Below are positions 32,494-42,711 of a DNA stretch of 64,000 nt, one piece after another (position 1 is the first letter of the stretch; every line of letters begins with the position of its first letter). Below the pieces are notes generated by a model that was given only the letters and a program-made list of their open reading frames with translations, searched no databases and had not been told where the DNA came from. The stretch spans positions 1,472,001 through 1,536,000 of the forward strand of contig CAWGMQ010000008.1 of NCBI GenBank assembly GCA_963823665.1. Reading direction: 5' to 3'. Source of the stretch: an uncultured Planctomycetota bacterium. GTDB taxonomy: Bacteria > Planctomycetota > Planctomycetia > Isosphaerales > Isosphaeraceae. Made by a program: the position numbers and the translations under genes.

Positions 32494-33345
32494 TCATGCC
32501 GGTGCTTCGCGAATCCTCATCGATACCCGTCGGAGGCACCAAGAAAGGAACAACGCTCCTACCCCGAGGCTGAGCAACCAGTATACCATCCCTTCCGCCC
32601 TCCGTTTGCCACCGGTTCGATCGATCTCGGGAAGGCCGTATGCCCCGAGCTTGAAGTCCGCCTCGGAGAGGTTTGCCGATTCTAGCATGGCGAGCTCGAA
32701 GACGCTGACATACGTGTTCTTCGGATGCGTGACGGTAACTCGCCGTGCAACGTCGATTCCATCCGGCGTTCGCTCGTACTCTACCACGCGGTGGAATGGG
32801 CGATCCTTTCGCCCCGGCCGATAACACTCGGACTCGACAGTGCGCCATCCGTCAGTTGGCGAGACGACCACCCAGCCGGAGTCGAAAAACACTCGGGTAG
32901 ACGGTTTAAGCTTGAATTCCAATTTTAGCAGGCGCTGCGCACCTCGATCAACCGGCGAAACGCTCGTTATTTCGAAGCCATCGCTACTAACAACATCGCG
33001 AGCAAGGTACTCATCGATGCATTCCGGGGCAAACACGAACTGACCGACACGCTGCACGAATGACTGATCACGCTCGGTTTCGGTAGCATCATTGACCCCT
33101 GCGAGCGACCAAACGCGGTCGCGCGTCAATCTACGGAGACTAAACGCGTAGCTCGCGGTCGTCGAATGAACTTCCTCAACGTGAAGAGTGGAGTTCTCAC
33201 GTTGGTCGTCGACGCAAAGCTCAACCTTGTGCAAATCCTTTCCGATGCTAAATCGATAGGAGTGGAAGAGTGCCCTCTTCTCCTGTCCTTTCGAGGCGGG
33301 AAATCGCGTTGTCCGGGTCGCCTTCCCCACTAGGTTTTCATCGTC
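32494..33345 (-). pseudogene. Hypothetical protein with C-terminal TM helix, 5' end missing
   Basis: FKLGAYGLPE followed by a TM helix; the frame runs back into an HNH remnant without a signal peptide. Confidence 0.55.
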
Positions 33346-33407
33346 GAGCCGGCCGTCTTGGCGACGCGCTTTCGCAGCCGGCGTGGCATTCGGGCCTTAC
33401 CGGGCAT
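33346..33407 (-). pseudogene. First ~20 codons of a second HNH gene copy
   Basis: MPGKARMPRRLRKRVAKTAG versus MPGKARIPRGLRERVAMTAG in copy 1. Confidence 0.8.
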
Positions 33408-33409
33408 CG

Positions 33410-33821
33410 CTAGAAACCCTCGGGCTCCGGCAGCGGATGCCCTCGGTATTTCAACAACAGAATGACATATGAGCGTTTGATCACGAGACGGTCGCCCTCG
33501 GCGCGAAGCTCAGCAAGCACCTGGCGCTCCCGGTTCGTCAACGTACCGCGCTGGCTCTTCTCGAGAAGGCGCTCCATTCGGCGCTGTTTAGCCGGCCCCA
33601 GACTGCTTGCCGCGATTTTCAGCAGCGCGGCATCCACTAAATCCTCCATCGCATCGAGTTCCGCACGGTGCTCGACTGGTACTTTCTCTAGCGAAGGCGT
33701 CGCGGCCCGGACGATATCCACCAGGGCCTTTTTCCATCGGTCGGTTCATCCCTTTGGCAGCGCGGCGGAGGCGCTCGTAAACATCTGCAGGAAGCTCAAG
33801 CCTAAGCACAGGCTGCCTCAT
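33410..33821 (-). CDS. Antitoxin-like hypothetical protein, copy 2 (one homopolymer frameshift)
   Basis: MRQPVLRLELPADVYERLRRAAKGM (RHH-like) ... QRGTLTNRERQVL...LLKYRGHPLP; TACAAT -10 upstream on the minus strand. Confidence 0.7.
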
Positions 33822-33906
33822 GAATCCGGCCTTTCCGCTACCTGTGGATGCAATTCGTCCCGCACCCATTGTACGGCTCGCGATGAGCCAATGGGAGCGC
33901 CACCGC

Positions 33907-35399
33907 TCACATATTGAAAAACGGCACGGGCAGCAGGAAGGCGTGCTGCTCATACAGGCTACTCGCGCCTCCCCACGACGTGTACTGGGCGAAAAAGACC
34001 ACCAGTGTGTAAAACACCGCGGTGACCACGATCGCTACTCGGCCCAGCACGCGGAAGATCCAGTGCCGCGGGATCGTATGGCCGACAATCGATGAGATCG
34101 TCTTGATCGTGCGACGCTTTTCGCGCCGCGTCAGCTTGCGCTCCGGCGAAGAGTCGTCGAGTTGCTTTCGCAAGCCTTCAATTTTTCCGTCGTGAGCGGT
34201 CAGCGGCGCGCCGGCGGTGTCCACGACAACGCGGCCGCGGCGGTCGAATACGCGGAAATAGAGCGACCCGTTCACGGCAGCGACGACGATCATCCGCTTG
34301 CCTTCCGCCGGAACATCACCAACATCCTCGACACCGGAAAGGAACCGCAGGCTGCACCCCCGCGGAAGCTCGCCGCGCCCGGATTGAGCGTACGCCCAAC
34401 CGGTCAACAGCCGCGCAGGCGCGAGGAAGATGACGAACACCAGGCTGGGCAGCCAGGCCGCCTCGCGGGGAATCATCTCGATCTTCAGCAGGTACAGCGG
34501 TATCGCGGCGAGCAACAGCACAAAGAGCGAGAACGCGAATGCCCAGGGCGCACAGCGGAATCGCTGCCGGATGGCACGCCGCGAAAACAGAGCCGAGAGC
34601 TTTCCCTCGAGCGCGTACCGCACCTGCAAGAACGGCAGGAACGGCACTATAATCGCCAGCAGCAACATGCCAAACGGAGCCAGCAAGGGTGCCACACCGG
34701 TGAGCGCGATCAAGCCGCCCGGTATCGCCAGCCAGACCAGCGTGCCCAGAAAACCCACCAGGCCCAGCCGAAAATAATACGGCAGGCGCAAGCTAGCGGC
34801 AAATGCCCAAAGCCCGTCGCGGGCCTCGGTGTAAAGCCCACCGCGCCCAGTCTGCGCCAGAGCCAGAACGGATGTCCGAAAGGCCACAGAAAACAACGGA
34901 TTCGCCCGCCGCGCAGGCATGAGACGCCGATATGCAACATCGCCAGGAGCGTCACCGCCACAAAGACACCGCGCCATAGGATAGCGGTGCGGCCGCCAGG
35001 GTTGATCAGCTCGGCCGACCGCGCGTAAGCCCCGGCAAACCACGTCGGCACGAGCGAGAGCCAGATGCCCGCCGCGACTCCCCCGACACGGGCCGCCTTG
35101 CGCACGCCCACGAACCCATCGCGGATTCGGCCGGATCGCGCCACTCGCGCTGACGATTCCAGGAAATAACCGAGAGTGAGGACGTTGACGATCGGAATCG
35201 CCGCCAGGAACGAAAGGCCGAGCACAAGTGAGATTGCGCCGAAGATCCACTCGAGAAACGACGCGATGCCGCGCTGGAGCGCTCGCAAGCCGGCCCAAAG
35301 CCTCGTTCGCAGCCTCCTCGGCCGCGCAGGCGCGACCTCCGGCTCGTCGAACTCCGCAATGAATTCCCGTTCATCATCGACCAGCAGCACGTCTTCCAT
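33907..35399 (-). CDS. Integral membrane protein, DUF4013-like (frameshift near 34830)
   Basis: Multiple TM helices; LAAIPIVNVLTLGYFLE, IPLYLLKIEMIPRE, LYEQHAFLLPVPF. Confidence 0.7.
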
Positions 35400-35464
35400 G
35401 CAGGGTACTACCCGGTGCGCCAGACGCGGGTTTCGCGCGATGCAGAACAGGATGGCTCAATCCG

Positions 35465-36782
35465 TCACCGAGAGGCCGCATGGGCGATCGGCCAGAAGTC
35501 GCCGCGGCGGGTAGCCGTGCGCTGAAGTGCGCGTTCGCGCTCGAGCCGCGTTTGCTCGTAAAGCGCGCGGTAGAGCTGCTCATCCGCCTCGCTGAAGGCT
35601 TTCCCCCGCCGGCCGACCACCGTTCTGGCGGTCTCGAACATCTTGTCGAGGGGGAAGCCCGGCGCCACGCGGCCATACGAGACGGCCGTGAACGACGGCA
35701 CGTGCTTCGGCAGCAGGATCCCGGCGGGCAGAACGTTGCACATCACGCCGATCGACGTCCCGGTGTTCAACATGCTCCCCATCCCCGTGCGCGTGTGATC
35801 GCCGATGAAACACCCGACCTTCGCCTGTCCGGTCGGGATCGGGTCGCCCTGAAGCGGAACCGAAACCTCGCCATAGTCGTTCCGCAGGTCGCTGTTCGAC
35901 GTGATCGCCCCCAGATTCACCCACTCCCCAACGTACGCGTGCCCCAGAAATCCTTCGTGGTATTTGTTCGAGAAACCATGCACGATCGATGCCTCGACCT
36001 CGCCGCCGATCCGGCAGTTCGGCCCGATCGTCACGGCGCCCCGCAGGTTGGCGCGGAAAAGCTGTGAATCGGCCCCGATCGAACACGGTCCTTCGATACG
36101 CGTGAACGGCTGTACCCAGACGTTCGGTCCCAGCGTGATCGGGCCGTTTACCGTATCGAACACAGTGTACGGATCAATCCGCGCGGTTCTCGTGAATCCA
36201 CAGTCGATCAACCGGCCCCACGAGCGCAAGTTTTGCCAGGTGCCGGTTACTGACGCCGGACTTGCCGGCCGAGGTGAAATCGCGTTGCAGATGATCGGCG
36301 TTCTTCGAGACAAGGTCCCACGGGCGCTCGATCCATTCGCCGCCCACCTCCAGACCCCCGTGCGCAGAGGCCATCCGCTCAAACCACGCGTCAACCCCTT
36401 GCGGCTCGAGCGAGACCGCGTCCTCCGGCCCCACCCAAGCGAGCGCCGGCATCCCGTTGCAAAGCCCAACCCACGAACCGAAACATTCGGGCATTGCAAG
36501 CCCCACCGGTGGTACCCACCGGCTGTTCGCAACGATCACCGGCCCTCTCGCCAGCCAGTCTCGGTCGTTGACCACCATGTGCGGTACGCGCTCTCGCTCG
36601 ACTTCAACGAGGTGCGACCGAATCACACAACTCCGTCGCTGAGGTCCCGGACCAATTCCTAGCGTGCGAGATATCTTGCACTCAATTGTTGATGCTCCGA
36701 GCATCAACTCGTGCGCGGGTCGCGTCAGAACGAGGGGTTCGAGCCGGCAGACTCCGTGATCTTCGGCGAGGCAGAGACGCAT
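35465..36782 (-). CDS. GlmU-like putative sugar nucleotidyltransferase with hexapeptide repeats (frameshift near 36180)
   Basis: LEPLVLTRPAHELMLG N-terminus; IGPNCRIGGEV, NKYHEGFLGHAYVGEWVNLGA, SDLRNDY. Confidence 0.88.
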
Positions 36783-37073
36783 AATCCCTCCGTGCATCGT
36801 GACTTCCGTCTGGGAGTCCGATCGAAAGAATGTTGATTCTCCAAAGAGCGCTGGCCAGGATACGGGAGACAGGTGATGCCGGCTCTTGATGTGGAATGGG
36901 TGCAATCCATTCTATGCCGATTCCGCTATCGCTGCTAGATCGGCCGGCGCAGAACCCGCATTTTTGGATGGTTGAGCTCAGGCAACGGCCGAGGCCTGGA
37001 TGACGATTATTCCGGCTCCAACCGCAGTCTGACGGCTGGCCGGTGGCTGTTCCGGGCGGTACACTAGTTATGT

Positions 37074-37295
37074 GAGCTGATGGAGTCGCCCTGCGCAATG
37101 CGGAAGCCGGCTCAGCCGGATTTGCGCGGGGTGAGTCTTTCGGCTCGGGCGTTCGGCCGGGTTGGTCGAACGCGCGACTGGTCGCGAACGACGGCCCGTC
37201 GCGGGAAGTGTGCCTGATCATCGAGATCGGCCCGACCGGTCTCCAGCACGATCGGGTATGACTTCCCTGGCTTTTCCCGCGTCGCGCGGGGAGGT
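37074..37295 (+). ncRNA. Candidate structured RNA or 5' leader (unassigned)
   Basis: At least six consecutive hairpins with G-U pairs valid on the + strand; TACACT -10-like box at 37060-37065. Confidence 0.45.
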
Positions 37296-37300
37296 GTCTC

Positions 37301-37564
37301 GTGTCCGTCTTGATCAAACCAGAGAAGATGAATTCGTCCGTTCTTGACGGCGTTTCGCCCAATCGTGTCGCGGGCGCCGAAGAAGCGAGGTTGTCGCACA
37401 GCATGCGGCCGCTTCGCCGCGAGTACGAGCCGCTCGAAGAGGCCTTCGAAGACAGCGAGGCACCCGAGCGTGGCATCCTAGTGCGTGTGGAAGCGCCCGA
37501 CGCGGGCGAACCGCAATTCCCTCATGATGATCGGGAGTTCAGGCATGGCAGAAGTAGGGGCTGA
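37301..37564 (+). CDS. Small hypothetical protein
   Basis: GGAGGT SD 5 nt before GTG; 87 aa, charged; no recognisable motif. Confidence 0.4.
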   Translation: MSVLIKPEKMNSSVLDGVSPNRVAGAEEARLSHSMRPLRREYEPLEEAFEDSEAPERGILVRVEAPDAGEPQFPHDDREFRHGRSRG

Positions 37565-37776
37565 GCGGTCGGGCCAGGAGCCTGTGACGGACCTCGTGGT
37601 CCCACCGCACGGCTCTGTTGGCCCGCTCTTTCCGTGACCCTTTTGCGAGGGCGAGATGCCGGCAGCGCACAAGTCGCTGTGTTCAGGTTCTTGCCCTCGT
37701 TTGCGTCTCCTCCCAGCCGACAAGTGTGACGGCGCCAGGAGTCGGGAAATTGCGCGATCACCGGCGATCGCAGCGC

Positions 37777-39492
37777 TTACGGTGTGCCGCCTCCAACCAC
37801 CGCACCGGGCGCAACGTGCGCGTAGATCCAAACGATCACACCCACGATGAGCGCAAGCGCGATGCTGTGCCAGAAGACCGTGCGCAGCAGCTCTCCCTCC
37901 CGCCCGCCTTCCCCCGTCGCCGCCGCGGCAACGACGATCGATTGAGCGTCGATCATCTTCCCCATCACCCCACCCGTCGAATTGGCCGATGCCATCAAGA
38001 TCGGATTCAGACCCAATTTCACCGCCGTGATCTTCTGAAGATCGCCGAAAAGGACGTTGCTCGACGTGTCCGAGCCGGTGAGTGCGACCCCGAGCCAGCC
38101 GAGCAGCGTCCCGAAGATGGGGTAGATAAGCGGACCCGTCCTGGTGAAAGCCAACCCGAGCACCGCATCCATTCCGGAATACTTGGTCACAAAACCCAGC
38201 GAAAGCATGCAAAGGATTGCTGCCAGGGCCGGTGCCATTCTCCGCACCACTCGCCAAAGGAGACGCATCATCTCGCGGGGCGAGACCCCCAGGAACAGCC
38301 CGCTGAGCACGGCCGCGACGAACACGGCCGTGCCGGTGCACGAAACGGGAACGATATCGAGCACGGCCTTTTCCACGTCCTGCGGCTGCGGCGTCAGATG
38401 GCCGGTAACGGCCGACCCCTTCGCAACCAGAAGGTGGAGACTCGGCATCGCCGGTTTCCACGAAGTTTTGGCGTCAAGCCATTCCTTGACGGCGGGAGTT
38501 CCCAGCGATTTGATCGATGGCAGGCCCCACATGAGCACGGTCACGATCAGCAGGCCGTAAGGCAGCCACGCCCGAGCGACGGCTTGGGCAGAGAGCTTTG
38601 GACCTGCGGTCGAGTCTGGGCTCCCCGTCGTGAGGACACCGCTCGTTTCCGGCGCGGCCTCTCGATCGAACCGCCACGTATCCCGGGGCTTCCAGAGGTG
38701 AATCACCGTGACTCCGGCGGCCGCGCTCGAAACGGCCGCAACGATGTCGACAAGCTCGAACCCGACGAAGTTGGACCATAGGAACTGCACGGCGCCAAAG
38801 GTGCCGCCGATGGCGGCCAGGGGGAGCCAGACCGCAAATGTCGCGCGCCAGCTCGACATCACACGGACGAGCCAGAACGGAATCAGCACCGACAGAAACG
38901 GCAGGATCCGCCCGGAGGTTGCACTCAGCGACTCGACATCGAGCCCGGTGACCTTGCTCAGGGTCAGGATCGGGGTGCCGATGCTTCCCCAGGCCACGGG
39001 AGCGGTGTTGGCGATCAGGCACAAAAGCGCCGCCATGAATGGCTCGAAGCCGAGCCCCACCAGGAACGCCGCCGAGATGGCGACCGGAGCGCCGAACCCG
39101 GCGGCGCCTTCAACGAACGCTCCGAAGCAGAAGGCCACCAGGACCGCTTGAAGCCGCCGGTCGGCCGAAAGGCTGGCGACCGAGGCTTTCATGATCTCGA
39201 ACTGGCCGGTGACCACGGTGATCTCGTAGAGAAACACCGCGGCGACAATCAGCCAGACAATGCGAAAAAGTGCGAACACAAGACCGACGGCCACGCTCGA
39301 GACGACCATCCCCGCCGGCATGTAGAACGGCCGCCAGGCAACGAGGCAAGCGGCCAGGAGCGCCGCCAGAGCGGCCTTCCACGCGCTGTGCCGGCCCAGG
39401 GCAAGGAGGAAGAGCAGCAAGAGCACCGGCACGGCTGCGAGAGCAGTCGAAAGCCGCCAATCCTCAAGCGGATCATAACGTTGAATCCACAC
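37777..39492 (-). CDS. lldP: L-lactate permease
   Basis: WIQRYDPL, EGAAGFGAPVAI, ANTAPVAWGSIG, GSDTSSNVLFG, GGVMGKMIDAQSI. Confidence 0.93.
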   Translation of the reverse strand: MWIQRYDPLEDWRLSTALAAVPVLLLLFLLALGRHSAWKAALAALLAACLVAWRPFYMPAGMVVSSVAVGLVFALFRIVWLIVAAVFLYEITVVTGQFEIMKASVASLSADRRLQAVLVAFCFGAFVEGAAGFGAPVAISAAFLVGLGFEPFMAALLCLIANTAPVAWGSIGTPILTLSKVTGLDVESLSATSGRILPFLSVLIPFWLVRVMSSWRATFAVWLPLAAIGGTFGAVQFLWSNFVGFELVDIVAAVSSAAAGVTVIHLWKPRDTWRFDREAAPETSGVLTTGSPDSTAGPKLSAQAVARAWLPYGLLIVTVLMWGLPSIKSLGTPAVKEWLDAKTSWKPAMPSLHLLVAKGSAVTGHLTPQPQDVEKAVLDIVPVSCTGTAVFVAAVLSGLFLGVSPREMMRLLWRVVRRMAPALAAILCMLSLGFVTKYSGMDAVLGLAFTRTGPLIYPIFGTLLGWLGVALTGSDTSSNVLFGDLQKITAVKLGLNPILMASANSTGGVMGKMIDAQSIVVAAAATGEGGREGELLRTVFWHSIALALIVGVIVWIYAHVAPGAVVGGGTP

Positions 39493-39651
39493 CGCAAACA
39501 GCTCCCAAACGCCCTGCTCCAAGGCCGACGAATCGTCACACAATACGGTCGAACACGTTCTCGGAATAGAGGCATGCCCCTGGAGATTACCCCCACGGTC
39601 CGGAATGAGAATCGCGTGCTCGAGACAGGCGATCCGGTCCGAAGTGCTGTC

Positions 39652-39679
39652 TTGACCGGAACAGTCGAATGGGTTTAAT
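39652..39679 (+). promoter_or_regulatory. Putative sigma70 promoter of the hpf operon
   Basis: TTGACC-N16-TTTAAT. Confidence 0.4.
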
Positions 39680-39743
39680 TCTAGTAGTCGCCTTCGTGCG
39701 TGAATGACGAGGATGACACGACGACCTACCAAGGAGCTGCCGG

Positions 39744-40124
39744 GTGCAAATTGAGATATCAACGCGTCACGGTGGGCTCGAGGCGGTGCAACATCAGTAC
39801 TTGCATGACAAAGCCGAGAAACTGCTCAAGTACTTCGGTCGGTTGATGTCGATCGAAGTCGCGGTGGACCATGGCAAGCACGGGTGGGAACTGGAAATAC
39901 TGGTATCGGCCGAACACAAGCACGATTTTGTTGCCAAGGAGACTGGTTCGACGCCGGAGGCCGCGATGGATCTGTGTGTTCACAAGATCGAGCACCAGCT
40001 TCGCCGCTACAAGGAACGTGTCCAGCACCACAAAGGCGATCTCACCCATGGCGGTCCATTTCCCAGGTCGTCCGAGCAACTCCAGGGAGGCGAGGCGGCG
40101 GAAACCGATTCCGACGAGGGTTGA
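39744..40124 (+). CDS. hpf: Ribosome hibernation promoting factor (HPF/RaiA)
   Basis: MQIEISTRHG...KAEKLLKYF...AAMDLCVHKIEHQLRRYKER; AAGGAG SD. Confidence 0.92.
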   Translation: MQIEISTRHGGLEAVQHQYLHDKAEKLLKYFGRLMSIEVAVDHGKHGWELEILVSAEHKHDFVAKETGSTPEAAMDLCVHKIEHQLRRYKERVQHHKGDLTHGGPFPRSSEQLQGGEAAETDSDEG

Positions 40125-40292
40125 GACCACAGCGATTCTTCCTCGATCACCTCTCGGTCGCAGTCTTTTCTCACAAGGGCCCGCGCACGAATTGCTCGCC
40201 GCTTTCGTGTCGTTGACAGTGCGCACGACCGTCGTAGACTGGACACATAGGAGCGGGCCGGCGGCGGGGCGTCCCGTGTGGGGAGTGGGCGG

Positions 40293-40763
40293 ATGAAGTT
40301 ACTGGACTTTGTTGCTCGTGAGTCGATTGTCGTTGACCTGTGCGCCACCGCGAAAGAGCAAGCGATCCGCGAGATGGTCGGAAGCCTCTCCGCGTGCGGG
40401 CGGCTCGCAACCGACGACGTCGAGAGCATTATCCGCGCGATCCTCGGGCGCGAAGAGCTCGGCTCGACCGGAATCGGCATGGGCGTGGCCGTGCCGCACA
40501 CACGGCATCCTACTCTCCAGCGCCTGGTGGGGACGGTGGCCCTCTCCCGCCGCGGCGTCGATTTCGCCGCACTTGACGGTGAGCCGGTCGATATTTTCTT
40601 TCTGCTCGTCTCGCCCCAGAACCAGCCCGGCGACCATCTTCGCGCACTTGAAAATATCTCCCGGCATCTCAAGGATGAGCGGTTCGTCAGCTCCTTGCGC
40701 CAGGCGCGGTCGCAGGAGAGAATCATCGAGGTCCTGGAAAAGGCCGATCAGGGCACACTTTGA
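40293..40763 (+). CDS. ptsN: PTS IIA (nitrogen regulatory) protein
   Basis: REELGSTGIGMGVAVPH, DFAALDGEPVDIFFLL. Confidence 0.93.
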   Translation: MKLLDFVARESIVVDLCATAKEQAIREMVGSLSACGRLATDDVESIIRAILGREELGSTGIGMGVAVPHTRHPTLQRLVGTVALSRRGVDFAALDGEPVDIFFLLVSPQNQPGDHLRALENISRHLKDERFVSSLRQARSQERIIEVLEKADQGTL

Positions 40764-40849
40764 AAAAAACAAAACAATGCCGGAACGTCGCATCGGTCTG
40801 AAAGTCCCCTTCTGCCGCTTGTCTCCGGCCCAGGCCGATCGAGCCGCCG

Positions 40850-41149
40850 ATGAGCCATGACACGACCATCAGCCGCCGACAGGTGGAGATCACCAACAAG
40901 CTCGGCCTGCACATGCGGCCGGCCAACAAGTTCGTCGAGCTGGCCTTGCAGTATCAGTCCGAGATCCGCGTCCATTACAACGGAAATGAATACAACGGAA
41001 AAAGCATCCTCGAGCTGACGTCGCTGGCCGCGGAGTGCGGCAGCCAGCTCGAGCTCGAAGCACGAGGGGCCGACGCCTCGGCCGCCATCGAGGCCCTCGC
41101 CGAGCTGGTCAAGGCCCAGTTTCACGAAGAGGAAGAGCTGGAAACGTAG
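40850..41149 (+). CDS. ptsH: HPr phosphocarrier
   Basis: NKLGLHMRPA, NGKSILEL. Confidence 0.93.
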   Translation: MSHDTTISRRQVEITNKLGLHMRPANKFVELALQYQSEIRVHYNGNEYNGKSILELTSLAAECGSQLELEARGADASAAIEALAELVKAQFHEEEELET

Positions 41150-41368
41150 CGCGCACCGCACGCCGGAGGAGGTGAAGTTCGTTTCAATCTGTACGAATGG
41201 TTCTTTTCTGGATACGCTTGGTGTTGACCGCACGTAGGAAACCGTCGCCGGAGTCTCTCGCATCGCCCAGCCGCCGCCTTCACGCTGGCGGCAGGGGCGG
41301 CCACGAGCCAGCGGCGGAGTCGAAGCGTGCGGCGGCGATACGATGAGTGGAGAGCGACAATATACGAT

Positions 41369-41912
41369 GCTCCGTTTGAGTCCGGCCCTGAGAGCGGTCA
41401 CCTTACCTTCGCAGCGATCTCCCGCGAATTTGCGGCTCTTCTTCGGCAGCCGGCTCGAAAAGGCTCGAGCCCTGGTTCTGAAGCGCGTTCCTCTCACTAC
41501 GGCTCAAGCGGCAGCGAAACGAATTCCAGATTGCCCTGTGTCAGGTCGTTCCCGAGAGACAAAGTCTGTGCATGCGGGAGTGAGCACCGGCTCGCCCAGC
41601 CGCAGACCCTGCGGCGCTGGCTCGGCGTGCCGCCCGTTGCGGGGCGACCTGCTTGCAAGCAATTCCGATCCGACACCGGCTCACACTCCCGCGCATCGAT
41701 CGCCACAGTGGAGAGTAGCTCAAAGATAACAAGACAACTCGGGGCAGCCTGCTCCGAGCCTCTCTGATCGCAGACGGCAGTCGACCCCTGACGGTCGGAG
41801 AAGGCCAAGGATCGGCATCCCCGGACGGGTTAACGCTCTCAATCTTCGCGAGGCCATCACTTGAAAGCGAGCCTGCGCGGCGATTGAGGTTAGAAGCGGG
41901 CTTCACGCCCGC
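41369..41912 (+). ncRNA. Candidate long structured RNA or leader upstream of TIGR03936-rne
   Basis: About 550 nt without a convincing ORF; many nested stems with + strand G-U pairs; TACGAT -10-like box at 41363-41368. Confidence 0.45.
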
Positions 41913-41917
41913 CGTTT

Positions 41918-42562
41918 ATGACACAAGCTACCAAGGTTCGCCTCCGATTCGCCAAACGCGGTGATTTCCGCCTGGTCAGCCACCGTGACCTCTTGCGCTG
42001 CCTGGAGCGAATGCTCCGTCGCGCGCAGATCCCCGTCACACTCACTCAGGGTTATTGTCCCCGACCCAAGATCACCTTCGCACTGGCGCTTGGTCTGGGG
42101 ATCGAAGGTCTTTGCGAGGTGGTCGACCTCGAGCTGGCAGCACCGCTCGAGCCGACCGAACTGTTGGAACGGTTGAAGGCCGAGTCCCCGCCCGGCTTCG
42201 ACTGGACCGACGCGTGTCCGTTACCAGCGGAAGCCCGGCCTCCCCGACCTGGGGCGGTCGAGTATTGCTTCCACGTGCACGAGGACCGCCGCGCCGCGTG
42301 CCTCGGCACCCTGCAGTCCCTGCTCGAGAGTCAAAGCTGGCCTTTGACCCGCAAGCGCCCCGAGCGGGAGTCGGTTTTCGATCTGCGCCCGCATTTGATC
42401 CGCGCCGATCTGTCCGCCGACGGCCTGCTTCGTTTCTGTTTGAAAGTCGCACCCGATGGCTCCGCCCGCCCCGAAGAGCTGCTCGAGGCCCTTGCCTTGC
42501 GCGACCTCCTCGACCACGGCAGTGTTTTGACCCGGACGGGCCTCGAGCTTTCGGATGCCTAG
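41918..42562 (+). CDS. TIGR03936 radical SAM-associated protein (DUF2344)
   Basis: RLRFAKRGDFRLVSHRDL...RAQIPV..TQGYCPRPKITFALALGLGIEG. Confidence 0.9.
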   Translation: MTQATKVRLRFAKRGDFRLVSHRDLLRCLERMLRRAQIPVTLTQGYCPRPKITFALALGLGIEGLCEVVDLELAAPLEPTELLERLKAESPPGFDWTDACPLPAEARPPRPGAVEYCFHVHEDRRAACLGTLQSLLESQSWPLTRKRPERESVFDLRPHLIRADLSADGLLRFCLKVAPDGSARPEELLEALALRDLLDHGSVLTRTGLELSDA

Positions 42563-42711
42563 CCCGATCGATCTGTTTTGTCGCTCCCAATGGAAACCCA
42601 CGGCCGCCATGCGGCAAGCATACCCCGTGAGCCTGTACGAGCGATTAACCCACGACACTCACACCGCACCAGAGCGCCCTACACCGGGCGCAAGTACCGG
42701 AAAGAGATCGC

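Noticed and set aside
34066..34365. Intein interpretation of the in-frame insert (starts near Cys, ends IVGHT)
   Set aside because: Under 100 aa, lacks the terminal HN plus C/S/T junction and the block B TxxH motif
37074..37095. GATGGAGTCGCC resembling a fluoride riboswitch 5' end
   Set aside because: No pairing 5' strand for P1, no nearby GCUGAUGAC..CUAC element and no fluoride-related gene downstream
39500..39743. raiA motif RNA upstream of hpf/raiA
   Set aside because: Short divergent promoter interval with no recognisable motif structure
41708..41780. tRNA-like GGAGAGTAGCTCAA
   Set aside because: No D-loop GG, no TTCGA T-loop and no acceptor-stem complement
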